A stretch of 49,016 nt of DNA. Source: Thermoleophilaceae bacterium. Its GTDB lineage: Bacteria > Actinomycetota > Thermoleophilia > Solirubrobacterales > Thermoleophilaceae. The position numbers and the translations under genes were made by a program. Below are positions 9,293 to 15,775 of this stretch, one piece after another. Each line of letters opens with the position of its first letter. Within the stretch, counting starts at the first letter, position 1. The notes below the pieces were generated by a model that saw only the letters and a list, made by a program, of their open reading frames with translations, did no database searches and was not told where the DNA came from. The stretch lies in contig JACCVG010000205.1 in the NCBI GenBank assembly GCA_013698335.1, forward strand, positions 1 through 49,016, given 5' to 3'.

Positions 9293-9865
9293 GTGGTTCC
9301 GGCCGAGACCGCCCGAGATCAGCCGCTGCGTCCGTTCACGCTCCCGAACGCGATCGGCATGCTGCGGTTCGCCGGCTTGCCCGTCTTCCTCGTCGTCGCC
9401 TTCTCCTCCGGCGACGGGGTCAGCTTTCAGGCGGCGGCGATCTACTTCGCGATCGCCGGCGCTGACTACCTGGATGGCATGGCCGCCCGGCTGACCGGCC
9501 AGTACAGCCGTTTCGGCGCGTTGCTCGACCCGCTTGTCGATCGTTTGCTCGTGCTCGCCGGGGTCGTCGTGAGCTGGAACTTCGAGCTCCTGCCCCGCTG
9601 GCTGCTCGGCGTGCTTGCCGCGCGAGAGCTCTTCATGTTGGTGATGAGCCAGATCGCGCTGCGGCGCGGTCAGGACGTGAGCATCAACTGGGTCGGGCGC
9701 TGGGCGGTCTGGCCGACGATGTCGGCCCTCTTCCTCGCGATGCTCTATCCGGGGTTGATCGCTTCGCTCGTGTTCGGACTGGGCGTCTTGATGTCGCTGC
9801 TCGCGACTGCGCTCTATGTCCGCGTCGCCCTGCAGTGGGAGGGGCCACCCTCAACCTCCAGTTGA
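9293..9865 (+). CDS. CDP-alcohol phosphatidyltransferase family protein (PgsA-like; head-group specificity not determinable)
   Basis: The family motif D-x2-DG-x2-AR...G-x3-D-x3-D is seen as DYLDGMAARLTGQYSRFGALLDPLVD. Several TM helices are present. The start is uncertain: the ORF-track start 9116 overlaps proS, and GTG 9293 is the first in-frame start after the proS stop. Confidence 0.75.
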   Translation: MVPAETARDQPLRPFTLPNAIGMLRFAGLPVFLVVAFSSGDGVSFQAAAIYFAIAGADYLDGMAARLTGQYSRFGALLDPLVDRLLVLAGVVVSWNFELLPRWLLGVLAARELFMLVMSQIALRRGQDVSINWVGRWAVWPTMSALFLAMLYPGLIASLVFGLGVLMSLLATALYVRVALQWEGPPSTSS

Positions 9866-9905
9866 CCCCTGCTATAAGCTGGACCTCCGTCGACGGAGGA
9901 CAGCA

Positions 9906-10160
9906 ATGGAGACCTTCCCGGACCTCGGCGCGCTGAGCGATCAGGAGCTCAAGGCGTTGATCGAAGAGCTGACAGAACAGGAGCGCAAGGTCTCCTACGA
10001 GCGGCGCATCCTGCACGGCAAGATCGACATCTTGCGCGCCGAGCTCGTCAACCGCCTGCGCGCCAAGCGCGAAGGCGGCGAGGCGCTGATCTCGGGCTCC
10101 GATGTCGAGGCGCTGACCGACATCCTGTCCGGCCGGGGGCAGAAGGAGGCCGCGCCCTAG
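9906..10160 (+). CDS. Small (84 aa) coiled-coil protein with an RsiG-like c-di-GMP-binding motif
   Basis: ATG 9906 is preceded by GGAGGA (about 9893-9898). The ORF-track start 9816 overlaps the upstream gene and has no SD. The heptad-rich helix contains E26-x3-S30-x2-R33-x3-H37-x3-D41 (ERKVSYERRILHGKID, nt 9981-10028). Confidence 0.6.
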   Translation: METFPDLGALSDQELKALIEELTEQERKVSYERRILHGKIDILRAELVNRLRAKREGGEALISGSDVEALTDILSGRGQKEAAP

Positions 10161-10170
10161 CGGCGCGCTC

Positions 10171-10626
10171 ATGCACTGTTCGGAGTGCAACTTCGTCAAC
10201 GGGGAGGGCGCCAACTACTGCCAGAAGTGCGGAGCGTTCCTGGGCGGCGCAGGCGGCGATGACACGACCGCTTCGTACGAGATCGGCGAGACCGGCGAGC
10301 TCCGAGCCGTCGATCTGGGCGAGGGTGCCCCGGACGGCGCAACGCTCGTGATCCGCTCTGGTGGCGGGCGTGCCGGGGAGAGCTTCCCGATCGCGGGCGA
10401 ACGGACCGCGATCGGTCGCAGCCCCGAGGCGGCGGTCTTTCTCGACGACGTCACGGTCTCGCGCAACCACGCTCTGATGGTCCTGCGGCGCGACGGCGTC
10501 TACATCGATGATCTCGGCTCACTGAACGGGACCTACGTCAATCGCCAGCGGATCGAGTCGCGCAAGCTCGCCGACGGCGACGAGCTCCAGATCGGCAAGT
10601 ACAAGCTCAGCTATCTGGAGCGCTGA
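10171..10626 (+). CDS. FHA-domain protein, GarA/OdhI-like, with an N-terminal zinc ribbon
   Basis: The N-terminus is CSECNFVNGEGANYCQKCG (C-x2-C...C-x2-C). The FHA core closely resembles GarA: IGRSPEAAVFLDDVTVSRNHA, GSLNGTYVNRQ and GDELQIGKYKLSYL. Confidence 0.85.
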   Translation: MHCSECNFVNGEGANYCQKCGAFLGGAGGDDTTASYEIGETGELRAVDLGEGAPDGATLVIRSGGGRAGESFPIAGERTAIGRSPEAAVFLDDVTVSRNHALMVLRRDGVYIDDLGSLNGTYVNRQRIESRKLADGDELQIGKYKLSYLER

Positions 10627-10629
10627 GCA

Positions 10630-11382
10630 GTGGCTGAGCCCCTCTTGGACGCCGAGCAGCCCGCCCCCGATGGCCCCGTTCCCGGCCGGCCGCCGAAGTC
10701 GCTGACGATCGGTGCCGTCTGCAAGCAGCTCGAGCGCGAGTTTCCGGAGATCTCGATTTCGAAAATCCGCTACCTCGAGGACCAGAAGCTCCTCTCGCCG
10801 CGGCGGACGGCCGGCGGCTACAGGCTCTACTCCGCTGGCGACGTGACGCGGCTGCGGACGATCCTGCGGCTACAGCGCGACGAATTCCTGCCCCTGCGCG
10901 TGATCCGCCAGGAGCTCGCTGCGGGTCGCAGCGAGGCCGACATTGCCGCCGCCAGCTCAGACCCGCGTCCGCTGCGCCGTGCGACGGTCAAGGTCAAGGG
11001 GGGCGGGGCGCTCTACCGGCTCGCCGACGTGCTCGAGGAGACCGGGGCCGAGGCATCACTGGTCGCCGAACTCGAGGAGTTCGGAGTGATCAAGGGCGAG
11101 CGGCGCGACGGCGACACACTCTATGACGACACCGAGCGGGAGATCATCCGTGCGGTTTGTGAGCTTGCGCGCTTCGGAGTGGGGGGGCGCAACCTGCGTG
11201 TCTTCCGCACCTCGGCCGATCGCGAGGCGGCCCTGCTCGAGCAGATCCTCGCCCCGGCGCTGCGATCGCGCAACGCGGACCGCCGCAAGGAGGCCGTCGA
11301 GGCGCTCGAGAACCTCGCCGCGATCACCTCCCACCTGAAGCACCTGCTGCTCGTCCGCGACCTGCGCGAGATTACGGCTTGA
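10630..11382 (+). CDS. MerR-family transcriptional regulator (Rv1828/FtsR-like two-domain type)
   Basis: A MerR HTH is present (LTIGAVCKQLEREFPEISISKIRYLEDQKLLSPRRTAGGYRLYSAGDV). GTG start lies 3 nt after the FHA gene stop. The FHA-MerR pairing is conserved in Actinobacteria. Confidence 0.82.
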   Translation: MAEPLLDAEQPAPDGPVPGRPPKSLTIGAVCKQLEREFPEISISKIRYLEDQKLLSPRRTAGGYRLYSAGDVTRLRTILRLQRDEFLPLRVIRQELAAGRSEADIAAASSDPRPLRRATVKVKGGGALYRLADVLEETGAEASLVAELEEFGVIKGERRDGDTLYDDTEREIIRAVCELARFGVGGRNLRVFRTSADREAALLEQILAPALRSRNADRRKEAVEALENLAAITSHLKHLLLVRDLREITA

Positions 11383-11392
11383 GGCGAGCAGC

Positions 11393-11845
11393 GTGGCGCG
11401 AGTAGAGCGCTCGCGGACGATCGACGCGACCGGTGAGACGATCTGGGAGGTCGTCTCCGATCCCCACCACCTGCCGCGCTGGTGGCCACGTGTCACACGC
11501 GTCGAGGACGTCAATAGCGACGGCTGGACGGAGGTGCTCCAGAGCGAGCGCGGGCGTCCCGTGCGGGCCGACTTCACGGTCCTTGAGGAGACTCCGCCCA
11601 GCGGGCGGGTATGGGTCCAGGAGCTCTCCGAGACCCCTTTCGAGCGAATCCTGGCGAAGGCCGAGACGAGCATCGCGCTCGAGGGCGAGGGTCACCGGAC
11701 GCGTGTCACGCTCAGCGCGCTGCGTAAGCCGCGCGGGCTTTCGCGCTTCGGGGGCTTCATGCTGAAGCGGGCGATCGGCGGCCAGCTGGATGAAGCGCTG
11801 GACGGGCTCGAGCGGATCTGTGCTCGAGAGGTCGCGCAGGCTTAG
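11393..11845 (+). CDS. SRPBCC (START/polyketide-cyclase-like) family protein
   Basis: ARVERSRTIDATGETIWEVVSDPHHLPRWWP is a typical SRPBCC N-terminus. The product is about 150 aa. Confidence 0.7.
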   Translation: MARVERSRTIDATGETIWEVVSDPHHLPRWWPRVTRVEDVNSDGWTEVLQSERGRPVRADFTVLEETPPSGRVWVQELSETPFERILAKAETSIALEGEGHRTRVTLSALRKPRGLSRFGGFMLKRAIGGQLDEALDGLERICAREVAQA

Positions 11846-11900
11846 CGCAAGGAGTCGCACGCCGGGGCCGAACGTCGCATGCGCATGACCCCGGTGGGGT

Positions 11901-12938
11901 CTAAGGAGTCGGCGGGGCCGGTGCCTCGGGCGCGGGGGGTGCCGCTCCCTCGGCGGGTGGCGCGCCGCCGCCTCCGGCTCCGCCCGAGAGCTCCTCGGCG
12001 CTCTGGACTTCGGCGACCTTTGCGCGCAGGACCGACTCGCCAGAGTGGCCGTCGTCCTCGTCGATCGGCTCGCGCGAGACGTCGATGAACTTGTAGTCGA
12101 CGAAGTCGGTCGGCAGAGCCCCAGTCGCGGCGAAGCGGCCCTGCGGGTCGGTCTGGGCGGCGCCGATCCCGACCGCGTCCTTGTCGCTGTTGTAGAGCCA
12201 CACCTGGTAGGCCTGCTCATCGTCGGTCGGCTCGAGGGCGTCGGCCTCGATCACGATCCCCGGCTGGCCGCCCTGGGAGAAGAGCGTCACGAGCCCGACG
12301 CCCTGCTCGCCCTCGAGCGGCGCGAGCTCGACGGCCCCGATCGGGATGACCTCGGGAGCCGTCTCGGTCTCGGTCTCGGTTCCGGCGACAGGCGGCGGCG
12401 GATCCCCGCCGAAGATCTTGCCCAGGCCGAAGGCGACCAGCGCAATCGCCACGGTCGCCGCCACGGCGCCGATGATGCGCCGCCGAACGACCATCGACGC
12501 TGTCCCCGGGGACAGCGGACCCGCCGCGTGGCGGGCCAATGACGGCACACGGGGCTTGGCGCCGGCGACGGGTTGGGGCGCCGTCGCTTCGGGTATGTCG
12601 GGCTGCGCGTCGTCGGGATAGAGGTCGGCCAGCGAGTCGGCGAGCGAGAGCGCCCAGGTCCGCGCGGCGTCGGAGCTCTTCAGATGGCCGCGCGTCGCGA
12701 GCGCCTCGGGGCCGCTCTGCTGCCGCAGGAGATAGTCGGCGACCTGGCCGCGCCAGCTCGTCTCGACACGCTCGGCGGTGCGCGGCGCGAGCTCGGTCAG
12801 GCTCTCCCGAGCGTAGGCCCGAACGCGATCCTCGGGCAGCGTCAGGAGGTCCGAGATCTCCGCATAAGTCTTCCCACGGCGTATGACCAGCTCGATGATC
12901 GCGCGGCGCTCATCGGAGAGTGAATCGAGAGTCGGCAC
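11901..12938 (-). CDS. Membrane protein: sigma-70 region-4-like HTH + anti-sigma-like helix + TM + RskA-type extracytoplasmic domain
   Basis: The N-terminus LSDERRAIIELVIRRGKTYAEISDLLTLPEDRVRAYARESL is a region-4/LuxR-like HTH. VADYLLRQQSGPEALATRGHL resembles an anti-sigma N-terminus. The TM segment is IIGAVAATVAIALVAFGLGKIF. The C-terminal AYQVWLYNSDKDAVGIGAAQTDPQGRF resembles the RskA C-domain. Start is assigned to GTG 12938, because the upstream part of the 455-aa ORF is antisense to the thioesterase gene. Confidence 0.6.
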   Translation of the reverse strand: MPTLDSLSDERRAIIELVIRRGKTYAEISDLLTLPEDRVRAYARESLTELAPRTAERVETSWRGQVADYLLRQQSGPEALATRGHLKSSDAARTWALSLADSLADLYPDDAQPDIPEATAPQPVAGAKPRVPSLARHAAGPLSPGTASMVVRRRIIGAVAATVAIALVAFGLGKIFGGDPPPPVAGTETETETAPEVIPIGAVELAPLEGEQGVGLVTLFSQGGQPGIVIEADALEPTDDEQAYQVWLYNSDKDAVGIGAAQTDPQGRFAATGALPTDFVDYKFIDVSREPIDEDDGHSGESVLRAKVAEVQSAEELSGGAGGGGAPPAEGAAPPAPEAPAPPTP

Positions 12939-12962
12939 GGCGGGAAGGGTAACCTGCCGCGC

Positions 12963-13391
12963 GTGTCTGACGATCCACGCCTCAACGTAGATCCTGCGTC
13001 GACACTCCCGGCTGTCCTTGGTTTCGAGACACTGGAAACGGGCCCGGACTCGGCGACCGGCCGTTTTGAGGTCACCGACCGGGTGTGCCAGCCGATGGGT
13101 GTCGTCCACGGCGGTGCTTACGCCGCGATGGCCGAGGGGCTGACGTCGATGGCGACCTTCGAGACAGTGTTCGCCGAAGGCAAGATGGCGCTCGGTCAGT
13201 CCAACCAGACGAGCTTCCTGCGCCCAATCATGTCCGGTTGGGTCCTCGCTACGGCGCGCGCGATCCACCGCGGGCGCACGAGCTGGGTCTGGGAGGTCGA
13301 GTTCACCGACGACGACGGACGGCTATGTGCGGTCACGCGAATGACGATCGCCGTGAGGGCGCTGCCCGATCGCGCGGCCAGCGCGAGCTAA
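12963..13391 (+). CDS. PaaI-family hotdog-fold thioesterase
   Basis: LGFETLETGPDSATGRFEVTDRVCQPMGVVHGGAYAAMAEG...GRTSWVWEVEFTDDDGRLCAV matches the PaaI/4HBT pattern. The start is GTG. Confidence 0.8.
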   Translation: MSDDPRLNVDPASTLPAVLGFETLETGPDSATGRFEVTDRVCQPMGVVHGGAYAAMAEGLTSMATFETVFAEGKMALGQSNQTSFLRPIMSGWVLATARAIHRGRTSWVWEVEFTDDDGRLCAVTRMTIAVRALPDRAASAS

Positions 13392-15010
13392 CGCGTACCG
13401 CGAAAGCGGTTCGTGATCGGCATCCTGCGATCCCGGCCGAACGCCTTCGTCGAGATGCGGATCCCGGGCGGCGCCTGGCGGCGCTTGTACTCGGCTAGAT
13501 CCACCAGTCGGATGACGTGCTCGACGACCTCGGGCGGGAAGCCCTTGGCGACGAGCCCATCGAACCCGAGGTCGCGCTCGACGTAGCCCTCGAGGATCGC
13601 GTCCAAGACGTCGTAGTCCGGCAGCGAGTCCTGGTCTGTCTGATCCGGGCGCAACTCCGCCGATGGAGCGCGGTCGATCACCGACGTGGGGATCAGCGGC
13701 CTGCCCGCCCGTCGGTTACGGTCGATGACGAGGCGGTAGACGTCGCCCTTGAAGACGTCCTTGATGAGGGCGAAGCCACCCGCCATGTCGCCGTAGAGCG
13801 TGGCGTACCCGACCGACATCTCGGACTTGTTGCCGGTGGTCAGGACGAGCTGCCCGAACTTGTTGGACAGCGCCATCATCAGCGTTCCGCGGATACGCGC
13901 CTGGAGGTTCTCCTCGGTGGCGTCGGGCTCGCGGCCGGCGAACTGGGCGGCGAGTGTCGTCTCGAAGGCGACGAAGGCGTCTTCGATCGCCAGCTCGTCG
14001 ATCGCCACGCCCAGGTTGGCGGCGATTGTGTGGGCATCGCTGCGCGTTCCGTCCGAGGAGTGACGGGAGGGCATCGTCACGAAGCGCACTCGCTCGGGTC
14101 CCAGCGCATCGACCGCGACCAGCGCCACGAGCGCCGAGTCGATACCGCCGGAGAGCGCGATCAGCACGCCGTTGAAGCCGTTCTTAGCCACGTAATCGGT
14201 GAGTCCGAGTACCAGCGCACCGTAGGTCTCGGCATCGGGCTCGAGCGCGTCGTGGAGCGGTCCGTGGAGCCGCCCCTCTGCAATCTCGACGACCATGAGC
14301 TCCTCCTCGAACTGTGGGCCGCGAACCACGATCGAGCCGTCTGGGTCGGCGCCGAGGCTCGCGCCGTCGAAGACGAGCTCGTCCTGCCCGCCGACGAGGT
14401 TGCAGAGCAGTACCGGCGCGCCGTACTCCGAGGCCCTTGCCGCGAGCACCTCTTGTTCGCGCAGCAGCCCCTTGCCGGCGTGGAACGGCGATGCCGAGAG
14501 GTTGACGATGAGATCCGCGCCGGCCTGCGCGGCCTGCTGCCCCGGGCCGCCGGGAAACCACTCGTCCTCGCAAATCGTAACGCCTACCTGATGGCCGTCG
14601 ATCTCAAAGACGAGCGGGTCGGTACCGGGTGTGAAGTAGCGACGCTCGTCGAAGACGCCGTAGTTGGGCAGCCGGTGCTTGCGGTAGACGGTCTCGACCT
14701 GCCCAGCCCGGATGAGCGCCGCGGAGTTGGCGAGCAGCTCCCCGCGTCGCTCGGGGAAACCGACAAGCACGGCGATCCCGGAGATCGAGGCCGCGAGCTC
14801 GGTGAGCTGGCGATCGACCGCCGCGAGGAAGTCAGTCTTGAGGACGAGGTCTTCGGGCGGATAGCCGCTGAGCGCGAGCTCGGGGAAGACGATCAGCGAA
14901 GCGCCCTGCGAGCGCGCGCGCCCAGACCACTCGACGATCCCCGCGGCGTTGCCGGAGAGGTCGCCGACTACGGCGTTGAACTGCGCAAGTGCCACCCGCA
15001 GCGGGTCCAT
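13388..15010 (-). CDS. nadE: Glutamine-dependent NAD+ synthetase
   Basis: The N-terminal CN-hydrolase domain is present (MDPLRVALAQFN...FPELALSGYPPEDL...VTICEDEWF). The C-terminal NAD synthase domain has SGGIDS. ATG was verified at 15010. The first 100 codons of the 640-aa ORF are junk. Confidence 0.92.
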   Translation of the reverse strand: MDPLRVALAQFNAVVGDLSGNAAGIVEWSGRARSQGASLIVFPELALSGYPPEDLVLKTDFLAAVDRQLTELAASISGIAVLVGFPERRGELLANSAALIRAGQVETVYRKHRLPNYGVFDERRYFTPGTDPLVFEIDGHQVGVTICEDEWFPGGPGQQAAQAGADLIVNLSASPFHAGKGLLREQEVLAARASEYGAPVLLCNLVGGQDELVFDGASLGADPDGSIVVRGPQFEEELMVVEIAEGRLHGPLHDALEPDAETYGALVLGLTDYVAKNGFNGVLIALSGGIDSALVALVAVDALGPERVRFVTMPSRHSSDGTRSDAHTIAANLGVAIDELAIEDAFVAFETTLAAQFAGREPDATEENLQARIRGTLMMALSNKFGQLVLTTGNKSEMSVGYATLYGDMAGGFALIKDVFKGDVYRLVIDRNRRAGRPLIPTSVIDRAPSAELRPDQTDQDSLPDYDVLDAILEGYVERDLGFDGLVAKGFPPEVVEHVIRLVDLAEYKRRQAPPGIRISTKAFGRDRRMPITNRFRGTR

Positions 15011-15035
15011 CAGGCCAGTATGAATGGCGGCCGGA

Positions 15036-15488
15036 TCAGGCGGCGATCGGTGCGACAAGCGAGTCAACCGAGGCAAGCAGCTCGACCGGGCGGACCGCCA
15101 CGCGGGTCCGTCCGTCGCCCCCGGCGGCATAGACGAGCGGTCGCTCGGCGACGGCGGCGTCGACAACGAGCCGCACGTCATGCGCAAGCGGTGGGACACA
15201 GCCCGCGGGGAAGCCGGTCGCCGCGCGCGCCTCGTCGGAGCTTGCCGGCCGGGCCTCCGCGCAGTCGAGCGCATCGCAGACGAGCCCAGGGTCGATCTGG
15301 TCGAGCTCACCGATCATGCAGAGCACGGGCTCACCGTCCGCGACGAAGACGACTGAGCGGACCATCTCCGAGCAGGAGCAGCCGAGCGCCGTCGCTACGT
15401 CGTCGGGCGTTCTCGGCGAACCCTCGAGGTGACATACGTCAAGCTCGATGCCACGATCACGGGCGGCGTGAACGACGCGGTCCTTCAT
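15036..15488 (-). CDS. YbaK/ProX-type aminoacyl-tRNA deacylase domain protein
   Basis: MVRSVVFVADGEPVLCMIGELDQIDPGLV...ATGFPAGCVPPLAHD..VVDAAV fits the YbaK/EbsC editing-domain pattern. It lies 25 nt upstream of nadE on the same strand. ATG was verified at 15488. Confidence 0.7.
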   Translation of the reverse strand: MKDRVVHAARDRGIELDVCHLEGSPRTPDDVATALGCSCSEMVRSVVFVADGEPVLCMIGELDQIDPGLVCDALDCAEARPASSDEARAATGFPAGCVPPLAHDVRLVVDAAVAERPLVYAAGGDGRTRVAVRPVELLASVDSLVAPIAA

Positions 15489-15642
15489 CTGCTCAACTCG
15501 TCCTGGCGGGGCCCCACCTGTCCCAGGGTAGGGATCAGCGCCGCGCGGCGCGCAGTCGGCCACCCGGCGCGCAATCCTGCGATGCATCCACAGAGGGTGG
15601 TAGCGTCATCCCCTGAGTTATGTAACCAGTCTGCCGAACCTC

Positions 15643-15757
15643 CGCTTGCGGCGGGGGACGGGGGAACCAGTTCCACTCATGGCGAAGTGGTGGGGCGAAT
15701 CGGCCGGTACTCCGGCGGTAGCGCACAGCGCGATCCCGACAGCTAACCCCGTAGGCG
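15643..15757 (+). promoter_or_regulatory. ydaO/yuaA-class (c-di-AMP) riboswitch-like aptamer in the 5-prime leader of the RlpA-like gene
   Basis: Three conserved ydaO blocks appear in order: GACGGGGGAACCA, GGUGGGGCGAAUC and CCCGACAGCUAACCCCGUAGGCG. An 8-bp closing helix forms between CGCUUGCG (15643-15650) and CGUAGGCG (15750-15757), with G-U wobbles. It ends 18 nt before ATG 15776. Matching is from memory of the consensus, with no covariance model run. Confidence 0.7.
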
Positions 15758-15775
15758 CAAACCGGTCGGTCACAA

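Noticed and set aside
9816-9905. The longer 114-aa version of the small coiled-coil ORF, starting at 9816.
   Set aside because: That start overlaps the end of the phosphatidyltransferase gene. It adds a Pro/Arg/Cys-rich non-helical N-terminus and lacks an SD. ATG 9906 is preceded by GGAGGA at proper spacing.
13517-15616. A 699-aa plus-strand ORF, the longest uninterrupted ORF in this region.
   Set aside because: It runs exactly antisense to nadE and the ybaK-like gene. Its translation is Arg/Gly/Ala/Val/Asp-rich with no recognisable motif. This is a typical shadow ORF caused by very high GC3 on the opposite strand, whereas the minus-strand products carry clear SGGIDS / CN-hydrolase and YbaK motifs.
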